Source: Candidatus Latescibacterota bacterium
GTDB taxonomy: Bacteria > Latescibacterota > UBA2968 > GCA-2709665
Direction of reading: 5' to 3'
NCBI GenBank assembly: GCA_963667175.2
Contig: CAXXXF010000015.1
Span: forward strand, 448,001 to 512,000
DNA length: 64,000 nucleotides
This document shows, piece after piece, positions 55,125 to 64,000 of this stretch; the first letter of the stretch is position 1; each line of letters opens with the position of its first letter. The notes beneath the pieces are model-generated. The model was not told where the DNA came from. It saw only the letters and a list, made by a program, of their open reading frames with translations, and made no database searches. The position numbers were made by a program, and so were the translations under genes.

Positions 55125-56429
55125 TCAGGATTTGCCGGGCGCCGGAATCCCATATCGCTGTAACGTGCTCGCCAGCGTGGGACGCCCGATCCGAATCCTG
55201 CCGTCATTCAGCAGATAAGAGAAAAGATATCCGACGCCGAGCATGAGGATCCCGATCAGAAAGCAATACATGACCGCTCTGTCCGGATATACATCCTTGA
55301 GATACCCGACGTACAGGGGACCCGTGATACCGGCGGCGGCCCAGGCCGTCAGGACGGCGCCGTAGATGGTGGACATCTTCTTTGTGCCGAAAACGTCGAG
55401 AACGAAAGGCGGCATGGTCGCGAATCCGCCGCCGAAGCAGAGCAGGACGTAACAGACCAGGGCCGAGAATATCCAGGGATTGGTCTCTGTCATGAGGATG
55501 CCGAAGACGACCATCTGACTTGCGAGGAGAACCCTGAAAACGGTAACACGGCCGAACCGGTCCGATAGCAGACCCCAGAACAGTCGCCCCAACCCATTGC
55601 AGATGGAACTGACGGCAATGAGCGTCGCGCCGTACTCAGCCAGCGTACTCGGCTCGATCGAACTGTCCGCCAGGCCCCAGATCTCCTGGAGGATTTCCGA
55701 CTGGAAGCTGATCACCGAGATTCCGGCGGCGATGTTGAAGAAGAAGACGATCCACATGATTACGAACTGGGTCGTCTTGAGGTACGTGACGGCGGAGTCC
55801 GGCTCCCCGTATTCCAGTGCGTCATCCGCTGCGGCGCCCGCGGGGCCCGCGGGCGCGGGAGGATCGCTGAGGGCCAGGCTGCAGGGAATCAGGATAGCGC
55901 CGAATATGGCCCCAAGCCAGATGAAGACAAGCGGAAGAGTACCCTCGGTTGTTACGATCAAGAATGGCGCCAGTCCCTTGCTCAGCAGGAAGGCGCCGAC
56001 GCCGAAGCCCATTACGACGATCCCTGTGGCCAGCCCTTTGCGGTCGGGGAACCATTTCGCGACCGTGGCGACCGGCGTAACGTATCCCAACCCGATTCCC
56101 GCGCCGCCGATCACCCCGTAACCAAGGTAGAAGAGCGGTATCGAATCTAGGTGAAGCGCGGCCCCGGAAATCAGGTATCCGCCTGAAAACAGGATGCTGC
56201 CGGTCACCGCCAGGAACCTCGGACCCAACCGGGAGAGCATATTGCCCGCCCAGGCCGCCGAGACGCCCAGCGTGAAAATCGCAATACTGAAGGCCCACGC
56301 GGTTTGGGTATGGGTCCAGCCCCCCTGACGGACCAGGATCGTCTGAAAGAAACTCCAGGCGTAGACCGTGCCGAAGCAGACCTGCAGAACCGTGCAGAAC
56401 AGCGCAATGGCGCTTCTTGGAATGCGCAA
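55125..56429 (-). CDS. OFA family MFS transporter (oxalate/formate antiporter-like); likely TTG start at 56429
   Basis: G.VYAWS.F, G.G.G.GY.TP....KWFPD.KG.A.G....GFG.G, NG.GR.FWG..SD; GGAGG RBS. Confidence 0.9.
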   Translation of the reverse strand: MRIPRSAIALFCTVLQVCFGTVYAWSFFQTILVRQGGWTHTQTAWAFSIAIFTLGVSAAWAGNMLSRLGPRFLAVTGSILFSGGYLISGAALHLDSIPLFYLGYGVIGGAGIGLGYVTPVATVAKWFPDRKGLATGIVVMGFGVGAFLLSKGLAPFLIVTTEGTLPLVFIWLGAIFGAILIPCSLALSDPPAPAGPAGAAADDALEYGEPDSAVTYLKTTQFVIMWIVFFFNIAAGISVISFQSEILQEIWGLADSSIEPSTLAEYGATLIAVSSICNGLGRLFWGLLSDRFGRVTVFRVLLASQMVVFGILMTETNPWIFSALVCYVLLCFGGGFATMPPFVLDVFGTKKMSTIYGAVLTAWAAAGITGPLYVGYLKDVYPDRAVMYCFLIGILMLGVGYLFSYLLNDGRIRIGRPTLASTLQRYGIPAPGKS

Positions 56430-56446
56430 TCCCAATCCTCCGTCTA

Positions 56447-56655
56447 ACAGCCCGTTGAAAAAGTCCATCCGGGCTGCCTGCCTGTGCGTTCGCACGCAGA
56501 CAGGCGTCCGGCCCTTATGACCGAACTACGGCGTTGCCTGCCTGCGGCAGGCAGGCGCTCCCTCCCCGAATCCAGGGATTCGCGTCGGTCACGCGCCTTG
56601 CCTTCGGCCATAATGACTCGGCCTCGCCTGCGGAGCGACTATTTCAACGGACTGC
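56447..56655. mobile_element. 209-bp MITE with terminal inverted repeats, flanked by TA, inserted at a stop codon
   Basis: TA|ACAGCCCGTTGAAAAAGTC...GACTATTTCAACGGACTGC|TA; internal CCTGCCTG hairpins. Confidence 0.75.
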
Positions 56656-57398
56656 TAACCTCGCTTTGCTGCCGCGTCTCCCGACCCTTCAGTGTCTCGC
56701 GACTTCCCCGATACGTACCGAAACAGGCGCGCGAGGTCGCCGACTTCATCATCGCGGGCAAGCAACCCGTCGTCCTCCGGCTTCTCCCGACTTCGATCCT
56801 CGGCCAGGTCGACCGCGTAGGAAAGAAGCCCTCCCAGCGGCTTTGCGGCCAGGTTGACGAGCCAGATCGACGCCAGGACGCCAACGACAAGAAAGATACT
56901 GATGAGAATGACCTGCTGGCCGATGGCGCGCTGAATTTTGAGCGCGACAATGTCCAGATCCATTCCCACGTGGACCGTGCCGGCCACTCCGGCCAGGATC
57001 GGGCTTCCCACCTCCAGGAAATCGCCCAGACCCGGTATGCTTCGTTCAACAGGTTCGGTGTTGGACGGATCGCTCTCCAGAATCTCCTCGGGGATGCCAG
57101 GCACGAACGTATGTGCCAGATACTCGCCCTTTTCGCTGGTAATATAGATGTAGCGGATGCCCTGAATCTCGACGAACTGATCGATCATCGACTGCAGCGT
57201 CGCAAGATTCCGGTTCAGGAGGATGTCCACGCTGGCGTTGGCGATGGTCTTCGCGATGTCTTTGCTGTTGGACGCGTACTCCGCCGACAATTGCGTGTCT
57301 ACCGTGTAGATGCACAGGAAAGACGTCGACAGTACGATCAATCCGAATAACGCAAAGATACCGAACCGGGTCTTCTGAAACAGCTTTTGAATTTTCAT
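56655..57398 (-). CDS. Two-TM periplasmic-sensor/HAMP membrane protein lacking an output domain
   Basis: TM-periplasmic-TM, then KPL..L...A..LA...DDEVGDLARLF; ends shortly after. Confidence 0.75.
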   Translation of the reverse strand: MKIQKLFQKTRFGIFALFGLIVLSTSFLCIYTVDTQLSAEYASNSKDIAKTIANASVDILLNRNLATLQSMIDQFVEIQGIRYIYITSEKGEYLAHTFVPGIPEEILESDPSNTEPVERSIPGLGDFLEVGSPILAGVAGTVHVGMDLDIVALKIQRAIGQQVILISIFLVVGVLASIWLVNLAAKPLGGLLSYAVDLAEDRSREKPEDDGLLARDDEVGDLARLFRYVSGKSRDTEGSGDAAAKRG

Positions 57399-57399
57399 A

Positions 57400-58767
57400 T
57401 TACGAAAGCCAGCTTTCCCAGTCGTCCAGCGTCACAAAGCGGCCGTCCTGAACGACAGTGTAGTAAACGGTTTGCAGCCCCTGTCGTCGATCGGGTCCGA
57501 AAGAGACTCTCTCCCCGATGCCGAGATCGAAATCCCGAACCGAGAAGACCGCGTCCTCCAGTCCCGCCCTGCCTGGAGTGTCTCCAAGACGCCGGAGAAT
57601 CTCGGTCATCAGCTTTGCGTCGAGGAAACCCTCCAGACTGACAAAGCTCTGTTCGAACGGACTGTAGGGCTCTTTGACGAGTTCCTTTGGAACGGCCGGG
57701 TTGTAGCGCGCCATCAACTCACGGTACTCTCTCACGGCCGGAATGGAAGTATCTTCATAGCTGGGCACGACCTGGGAATTGACGAGATACCGGGTGTACG
57801 TCTCGGCGTCGTCGCGGCCCTCGCTGAGCAGATGCAGCAGATTCTCACTGCCTACGAACGAGAGATTGGCGATCGGGACCTTCAGGCCCAGGTCGATCGC
57901 GTCGCGGGCGAAGGCGGCGCACGCGGCGTACGATCCGATGCAGATGACGGCGTCCGGAGAAGCGCCCTGCAGGATTTCCACCTGGCGCCTCATGCTTCCT
58001 GTGAACCGCTGCCCGCGACGGTAGGTCGCCTCCCCGGCAAGTCGTTCGCCGTGCGTCTTTAGCGCTGCCCTAACGCCCGCCCAACCACTTCGGCCGTAAG
58101 CGTCGGCCTGGTAGAATACGGCGATCCGCTTTCTGCCGGTCCGAACGAAATTGTCCACGAGGCCGGCGGTTTCCTGACGGTACGACGCCCTGAGATTGAA
58201 CGCGAAATCCCCGTACGGCGGCTCCCTTTGAGGCTGGGCGCCGGTAAACGGAAAGAAAAGATAGACCCGCTCGTCCTGGAATTTCTTCAACAGCGGCAGG
58301 GCGCGAGTCACCGTCGGCGTACCCACGTACCCGAACAAAAGGAACACGCGGTCTTCCACCATGAGCTTCATGGTGTTCTTCACGCACGGATCAGGCTGGT
58401 AGCCGTCGTCGTACAGCTTGAAGACAATCTGGCGGCCGCCAACACCGCCATTTTCGTTGACGTGATTGAAATAGGACCTGGCGCCCCGGTAGAGCTCGCT
58501 GCCCAGTCCCCTGGAGGGTCCGGAAAATGCAGCGGACATGCCCAGGACGATCTTGCCGTCATATACGCCTTCAGAGCCTTCGCCACTATCGGGGTTTTCC
58601 GTTGAAACCCCCTCTGATCCTCCTGTTTGGGCTCCGGCGTCGGTCCAACCGCCCCACGATAACGCCAGCAACCCGAAAAGACCCCGACGGAGCAGCGACC
58701 TTCGCGTAAGATCAAGCGCGTGACCGTTCCGTGCGTCGCGTCCGTCGGTCCAATTGGGAAAATCCAT
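57400..58767 (-). CDS. Periplasmic substrate-binding protein (LivK-like), Tat signal
   Basis: TRRSLLRRG; GMSAAFSGP, DDGYQP, GYVGTPT, FNLRASY.QE. Confidence 0.88.
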   Translation of the reverse strand: MDFPNWTDGRDARNGHALDLTRRSLLRRGLFGLLALSWGGWTDAGAQTGGSEGVSTENPDSGEGSEGVYDGKIVLGMSAAFSGPSRGLGSELYRGARSYFNHVNENGGVGGRQIVFKLYDDGYQPDPCVKNTMKLMVEDRVFLLFGYVGTPTVTRALPLLKKFQDERVYLFFPFTGAQPQREPPYGDFAFNLRASYRQETAGLVDNFVRTGRKRIAVFYQADAYGRSGWAGVRAALKTHGERLAGEATYRRGQRFTGSMRRQVEILQGASPDAVICIGSYAACAAFARDAIDLGLKVPIANLSFVGSENLLHLLSEGRDDAETYTRYLVNSQVVPSYEDTSIPAVREYRELMARYNPAVPKELVKEPYSPFEQSFVSLEGFLDAKLMTEILRRLGDTPGRAGLEDAVFSVRDFDLGIGERVSFGPDRRQGLQTVYYTVVQDGRFVTLDDWESWLS

Positions 58768-58842
58768 TCCGTTCCTCTTCAGCCGAAATACGGCGCTGCC
58801 TGAATCGCTTCCGCGCCAATTCGATCGCAGACCGACCGATCC

Positions 58843-59958
58843 TCAGAAATTGTACGTGAAATGGATATCGAGCCGGTTGGCGATTCCGTCGTTCGGTCCC
58901 TTGTAGGTGGTTTTCCAGTACAGATATTCGACCGCCACCTGTAATGGCTTCCAGGGCCGATATCTGCCGACAGCGTAGAAGGCGCCATTCCTGGTACGCC
59001 CGCCAGAGGGCACGGCATTCTCGTCCGGCTTCTCCATCGTCGCCCCGGCGTAGAGCTTCCACCGGGCATTGGGCATGATCACGACTTGGGCCCACCCGCC
59101 GGTGGAGGCGATCTCCTCGCCTGTCGACGTGTTGACCCCCTGGCCGATGCCGCCGCGAATATCCGTGAGATTGCTCCCTGTCCAGGCCTCGCCCTGCACC
59201 ATAAACTGATCTGTAAGGGAAATCGAAGCGTCAAGACCCACCACGGTCGAGGCGAAGCTTGTCTCGCCGCCCACGGGTTCGGCCGTCTCCTCAACGCCCC
59301 AATGGGCCCACGCGCCCGCCTTGAATCTGGGCTGCTCGAATCCCAGCCTCGCCTGCAGAAATGGCAATGCGGCGTCCCAGCCGTCCAGAATGCCATTCCT
59401 GTCCAGGTCTTTCTTGTCCACCGCCCCGGTCTGGCCCGCCGCCACCGCCAGCGAAAAACCGCCTTCCGGTTTGTACGTGAGCCTCGCCTGCGGATGCCGG
59501 TCTCCCAGGTTGCCCGCGTGCCACATCAGACCGTCGTTGTTGGCGATCGGAAAGATCGGCGAAATCACGTCCCAGCACTGGCCGGCGAGAAAATGCCAGT
59601 CCCCCCGCTGCAGATTGAAATAGGCCTGCCGGAGGCGCAGGATCTGGCGCGATTCGCTGCCCCCGTTCTGAAAATCGATCTCAACCAGGCCGCTAATGCT
59701 GGAGGTCTCGTCCAATTTCACGGGTTTGAATCTGGCGCCGAGGCGGGTGAGACGCGGGTACATGGTCAAATTGCCATCGGTTTCGGCGCCGGGGTCTTCC
59801 GGCTTGACCCAGAAGCCGAATTGGTGGCTTTGCATCTTCGAATCGTCGATTACGGCGTCGAAGCGGACAAAACCGTAAACCGAGAACTCTCCGGCATCAA
59901 TCGAATTCCCCCCGCTCAACAGGCAGGCCAACATGGCTGCGGCGATAGCCTTTTTCAA
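58843..59958 (-). CDS. Outer membrane porin (DcaP-like beta-barrel)
   Basis: Signal peptide, YGFVRFD, TRLG, EIDF, RLRQAY, AGQ.W; terminal YNF. Confidence 0.75.
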   Translation of the reverse strand: MKKAIAAAMLACLLSGGNSIDAGEFSVYGFVRFDAVIDDSKMQSHQFGFWVKPEDPGAETDGNLTMYPRLTRLGARFKPVKLDETSSISGLVEIDFQNGGSESRQILRLRQAYFNLQRGDWHFLAGQCWDVISPIFPIANNDGLMWHAGNLGDRHPQARLTYKPEGGFSLAVAAGQTGAVDKKDLDRNGILDGWDAALPFLQARLGFEQPRFKAGAWAHWGVEETAEPVGGETSFASTVVGLDASISLTDQFMVQGEAWTGSNLTDIRGGIGQGVNTSTGEEIASTGGWAQVVIMPNARWKLYAGATMEKPDENAVPSGGRTRNGAFYAVGRYRPWKPLQVAVEYLYWKTTYKGPNDGIANRLDIHFTYNF

Positions 59959-60057
59959 AAATCCGCTCCTTTGCAGAGGAGTACCCTGATCCGACGGAAC
60001 GTCTGCGACGAAACCCAGCGAACCGCCGGCATATCCAGCTTCTGGCGCCAGCGGGAT

Positions 60058-60321
60058 CTATTCTTCAGCCGTGTCTTCCGCTCTATCGCCGTTTTGTCCG
60101 CGGATGCGTTCCACGTAGGACCGGCCCCTGCTTACTGCTTTGTCCACGCTGCGTCGAACGGATTGGCGGGTTTCAATACCACTACGGGGCGCCAGCATTA
60201 CGCCGGCGATGATTCCAAGCGCCAATCCGATGATTGCGCCCAGGCCGAATATACTCAGGCATTGACTCACGTTGTTCGTCTCGCGATCCACCGAAGCCTC
60301 CTCGTCAGTTGGTTGTCCCAC
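60058..60321 (-). CDS. YtxH domain-containing protein
   Basis: F.LGA.IG...G...AP.SG.ETR. Confidence 0.75.
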   Translation of the reverse strand: MGQPTDEEASVDRETNNVSQCLSIFGLGAIIGLALGIIAGVMLAPRSGIETRQSVRRSVDKAVSRGRSYVERIRGQNGDRAEDTAEE

Positions 60322-60632
60322 ATTAGAACTCTCGCACGAATCCCTAATTTATAACGCAAATTATCAGAATAGTCAATGCATTTGGTGAAATCTGCGGGGA
60401 AACGGCGTGTATCTATCGCGGAGCAAATCATACGGATTCCGCAATCTCCGCTGAAACAGAAGCGCCGACATTCGGTTGATTTAGCGGGGACCCGCCGCTA
60501 TCAGCGACCGCAAAACCACGCCAGCGGATACACCTGTAGCACCAGGTCCCGAGGTCCCGCTACACTCACATTCGAATCATCACGGGCAGGACCTCGGCTA
60601 TGAAGGGCATTCGGCGGCGCAAGCACCAACCG

Positions 60633-62015
60633 CTACCGGAAGCGTATGGCGTAGAGGTCGGCCTCTTTCATTGCCACGCGAAGCCGTACCGGCCTCCCGG
60701 CCAGCGCCGACACGTCGGCGCCCCTGTCCCAGCCGACCACCCGCTCAATCTCGTCTCCGAAGATCTCGGCGCTTTCCGAGAGCGTGCGGCCCTCGATGGG
60801 GCTGCCCCGCTCGTCCTGCATCTCGAACCGGATTTCGCCGGCCACCGACGTCGAGTAGTTGACGACCAGTTCACTGCCGGCAAAGGTGAAGGGCCTGGTC
60901 AGGATCTCGCCGCCGCCGAAGGGCGCGTTGACGGAGACGAAACCGTCGGTCCGCAGGACGCCTCGACGAAGCCGGCACGTCGGGTTCCGGTAGTTCTCTA
61001 CGTAATAGATCGAAATCTCCCCGGGTCCGGTGGGCACGACGCCGACGCCGGCGGCCATATTCCGCTCATTCCAGTTCCTTGAGTCCAGACCGGGGCGGAT
61101 GAACGGACCCATAAACCGGCGGTCCCAGCGGATGCCGTCCCGGCTGGCCATGAAGACCCCCTCGGAAAGGCCGTCGAACGCCCATTCCTTGTGGAACTTC
61201 CGGCCAAGCCGCAGCCGCTTGGGGAACATCATGTAGTTGTGCGGAGCGCGAAAGTAGAGGGTCGCCGCGTTGGTGTACAGGTGCTCCTTCCGCCTTCCGC
61301 CCACGTCGATCAGCTCCGGCACGGTCCAGTCCAGAAAGTCGTCCGATTCGGCCCTCCGAATCGACCGGTATACGCCACCCTGAGCCGGGCCCGTACCACG
61401 ATCGCAATCGGTTGTGAACCCCCTCAAGTAGCCGACGTACTTGCGGATATTGACGTCCCAGAAGGCCACGTTGGGGGAGTCGAAGACGGGACGGTCGTCG
61501 GGTGGCGCATGCAGGATCGGCCCGTCCCGGATCAGCTCCCAATGGATGCCGTCGGGCGAACCGTAGCCGTAGATCGTGGAGCGCCCTTCCAGCTTTTCGC
61601 CCCTCAGGAATCCCTTGTACCGCTGCGAGTCCGGCGCGGCCGGATTGGGATCCTTGAAGACGCAGGCGTTCCAGTGCGCGGGGCCCATGACGATGTTGTT
61701 GTCTTTCGAGCCCTCGAACTCGTGGAGCCCGAGGGTTGGACGCTCGAAGTGGATGCCGTCCGGGCTTTCGGCGTAACAGGTCGTCCGGTGCGTTCCATCG
61801 GGGCCGGTGGCGCGGTACCAGAGGCGATAGCGCCCGTCGTCGAGGATAACGTTCGCGGCCCACGACGTCTCCCCTTCCCAGGGTTGGTCGAAGTCGAGGG
61901 CGACCTCAGCCGGCGCCGGAGGATGGAGCTTGAGGCTCGTGTCCGTCATCGTGTCGATCAGCCAGTCGTCGACGAACAGCTCAAGCCTGGTGCCAATGTC
62001 TCTCACGCCAGCCAT
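60633..62015 (-). CDS. Hypothetical glycoside hydrolase-like beta-propeller protein (GH32-like)
   Basis: LFVDD..I, PWEG, YRLWY, AES.DG..F.RP, FDS.N, LR.DGF. Confidence 0.65.
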   Translation of the reverse strand: MAGVRDIGTRLELFVDDWLIDTMTDTSLKLHPPAPAEVALDFDQPWEGETSWAANVILDDGRYRLWYRATGPDGTHRTTCYAESPDGIHFERPTLGLHEFEGSKDNNIVMGPAHWNACVFKDPNPAAPDSQRYKGFLRGEKLEGRSTIYGYGSPDGIHWELIRDGPILHAPPDDRPVFDSPNVAFWDVNIRKYVGYLRGFTTDCDRGTGPAQGGVYRSIRRAESDDFLDWTVPELIDVGGRRKEHLYTNAATLYFRAPHNYMMFPKRLRLGRKFHKEWAFDGLSEGVFMASRDGIRWDRRFMGPFIRPGLDSRNWNERNMAAGVGVVPTGPGEISIYYVENYRNPTCRLRRGVLRTDGFVSVNAPFGGGEILTRPFTFAGSELVVNYSTSVAGEIRFEMQDERGSPIEGRTLSESAEIFGDEIERVVGWDRGADVSALAGRPVRLRVAMKEADLYAIRFR

Positions 62016-62098
62016 GGATCATCCTCCTGACATGCCGCTGGTGACTCTCTATTATGATACGCGCCGATGCCGGAACCGACGGCTTGCAGGCTGGCATG

Positions 62099-63322
62099 CT
62101 AATTCCAATCCACCGGCGAATGCATCTCACCCAGCACGGCCCTTCTCACCCGGTCCAGGCCCTGAATCACCAGCCACCGCCGCATAAGGTCTGTGTCATC
62201 GAAGCGCCGCCCCGCCTCGTTCATGCTCAGCTCTCCCGGCCCTCGGACCGCAATTACCGTAGAGTTCCCGTTGAATGGGCCGATCATCGCCAACCCCACG
62301 CCGCCTTCCGGCGCAACGCGCTCCGCCAGCACGCCAGCCATCGTCCGGTCATCGGCGCTTCGAGGCAATCCGTTGCGCGCGTCCGCCGTCGCCTGCCCGG
62401 CATCGCTCCCGTGCAAGTCCGTGAACACGACGCTCTGGAATCCCGCCTCACCCAACTCCCGCGACAACTGTCCGCCGGTGAGTCCATCCACCACTCCCAG
62501 TTTCAGCTTACGCTGCGCCAGGAGCCTGCCCACGACTTCGGCCACCGTGTCTTTCTCCACACCGTAGACCGCCACGCCCAAGCGGTCCCGGAGTCTGGAT
62601 TCCATACCGGCAATCAGCGCGTCGGCATCCGCTTCCGTATCGGCCCTGGCTGTCACGCGAACGTCGGTCTGTCCGGCGTGCGCCGCCAGGCCGACCGATG
62701 GGTTCGAAGACGCCATCAGGTCGCCGATGCCACGATCGATATTGCTTTCGCCAACCGCGCACGTCCGGAGCACCCGCACCCGGATGACCTTCACCCCGCC
62801 CATCCTTTCCACGAGCAACGGAACGACGGTATGCTCCATCATGTGCGCCAGTTCCCGGGGCACTCCCGGCAGGCAGACGATGAACCCCCGCCCTTCCGTG
62901 TCTTCGCTCAGAAAACACGGCGCCGTCCCAACCGGGTTCTCCAGCGGCAGCGCGCCATCCGGCAGGTACGCCTGCCGCCTGTTGTTTGCGGCCATTTCCC
63001 GACCAAAGCCGCGGAAACGCGCCGCAATCTGTCGTTCCAGATCCTCGCTGTAAACCAGCTTCCGTCCGGTTGCGCGCGCGATCGCCTGCCGGGTCACGTC
63101 GTCAACCGTCGGCCCGATGCCGCCCGACGTAATCACCACGTCCGACCTGTCCAGCGCGAGGTTGAGGACTTCGGTGATGCGCTCTTCGTTATCTCCAACG
63201 GTGGTCTTGTAATAGAGGTCCATTCCGATGTTGCGGAGCGCCACGGCCAGCAGGTTCGCGTTCGTGTCGACGATTTCTCCCAGCAGGAGTTCGGTCCCGA
63301 CCATAACAATCTCAGCGCGCAC
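62099..63322 (-). CDS. cinA: CinA family competence/damage-inducible protein (degenerate C-terminal PncC domain)
   Basis: VGTELLLGEIVDTN, TVGDN, SGG.GPT.DD.T, N..GTAP, LPGVP.E. Confidence 0.9.
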   Translation of the reverse strand: MRAEIVMVGTELLLGEIVDTNANLLAVALRNIGMDLYYKTTVGDNEERITEVLNLALDRSDVVITSGGIGPTVDDVTRQAIARATGRKLVYSEDLERQIAARFRGFGREMAANNRRQAYLPDGALPLENPVGTAPCFLSEDTEGRGFIVCLPGVPRELAHMMEHTVVPLLVERMGGVKVIRVRVLRTCAVGESNIDRGIGDLMASSNPSVGLAAHAGQTDVRVTARADTEADADALIAGMESRLRDRLGVAVYGVEKDTVAEVVGRLLAQRKLKLGVVDGLTGGQLSRELGEAGFQSVVFTDLHGSDAGQATADARNGLPRSADDRTMAGVLAERVAPEGGVGLAMIGPFNGNSTVIAVRGPGELSMNEAGRRFDDTDLMRRWLVIQGLDRVRRAVLGEMHSPVDWN

Positions 63323-63337
63323 AATCCCCCCTCAGGT

Positions 63338-64000
63338 TCATCGAAACATCGGCGCGGCGGCCGGTTCGATCGCCACGTTCACGCACGCGGGAAGTCCCGA
63401 CGCCACCGCGTCGTTCAGCGCGGCCGGGAGATTCGCCGCCCTGTCCACAAACGCGCCGTACCCGCCCAGCGCCTCCGCCACCCGTTCGTACCTCGTCGCG
63501 AGCAGATCGCACCCCACGGCACGGTCCGGCCCGTAGGATTCCACTTGAAGCTGATACTCGGCGTTCCACCTCGCGTCGTTTCCGACGATGACGACAACCG
63601 GAAGCCCGTAGCGAAGCGCCGTATCCAGTTCCATCGCATGATAACCGAATGTCCCGTCGCCCAGCAACACGAATACCGTCCTGTCCGGATGCGCCAGCTT
63701 TGCCGCCAACCCCATCGGGAGCGCGCTGCCGATCGCGCCGGACGGGCCGTTGATCAATCTGATCTCGGCCGCCAGTCCCGCCTGCGCCCACTGCCCGAAC
63801 TCCCCGCCATCGCTCACAAAGACGGCCCCTGAGTCCATAAAAGGCTGTACCGCCTCGCACACGGCCAGCGGATGCAAGGGTCCTGCCGTCCCCCGCGACC
63901 GGCTGTCCCACTCCGACGGCGTGGCGCTCCGGGACCTTTCCACCACCGACCGCCACTTCCCGTAATTCCACGACCGCGCGGACGCCCCGGCCGAAAGCCG
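63338..64000 (-). CDS. Thiamine pyrophosphate-binding enzyme (acetolactate synthase-like), 3' part; start lies beyond the window
   Basis: DGGEFGQW, GAIG..LP, GDGTFG......DTA.R..LP....GND..W. Confidence 0.9.
   Translation of the reverse strand, partial: RLSAGASARSWNYGKWRSVVERSRSATPSEWDSRSRGTAGPLHPLAVCEAVQPFMDSGAVFVSDGGEFGQWAQAGLAAEIRLINGPSGAIGSALPMGLAAKLAHPDRTVFVLLGDGTFGYHAMELDTALRYGLPVVVIVGNDARWNAEYQLQVESYGPDRAVGCDLLATRYERVAEALGGYGAFVDRAANLPAALNDAVASGLPACVNVAIEPAAAPMFR

Noticed and set aside
60460-60625. 6S RNA, SRP RNA or tRNA call
   Set aside because: Diagnostic motifs and the usual gene context were not recognised; kept only as an unclassified structured candidate

Overview
GC-rich bacterial chromosomal segment, probably from a diderm organism (it encodes porins and lipoproteins). 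I saw no rRNA, tRNA or CRISPR array. From left to right it contains: (1) a tandem array of Rpn-family PD-(D/E)XK nuclease genes, with two full-length copies bracketed by two stand-alone copies of only their C-terminal small (RpnS-like) ORF, each unit with its own sigma70 promoter; (2) a sigma54-type hsp20, a MazEF-like TA pair, an atypical SHMT-like enzyme and a BNR/sialidase-like protein; (3) a lower-GC two-gene cassette, NYN nuclease plus NACHT-like NTPase; (4) sugar/acid catabolic genes (heparinase II/III-like, two Gfo/Idh/MocA, two enolase-superfamily, DHDPS-family), an orphan RamA/RamB-like ABC exporter pair and a VapBC pair; (5) an ~11 kb phospho-signalling locus: membrane Ser/Thr kinase, ClpB-like AAA ATPase, NrdG-like radical SAM, Zn-ribbon/FHA, PP2C, coiled-coil protein, a second diversified kinase and its split-off membrane protein, with TVR[DE] threonine motifs shared by both kinases and the FHA protein; (6) a PLP decarboxylase, HicAB and four tandem orphan LivK-like lipoproteins with an extra N-terminal domain; (7) SulP, GPP34, an NCS2 permease-HATPase-like fusion, a Tsx-like channel, a porin-SBP-HAMP-OFA MFS operon, YtxH, a GH32-like protein, CinA and a partial TPP enzyme. 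Intergenic regions carry many small repeat, MITE and REP-like elements. The best candidates for an undescribed system are the kinase/AAA/rSAM/FHA/PP2C locus, the Rpn long/short array and the NYN-NACHT pair. All family assignments come from motif recognition by eye; no searches were run.
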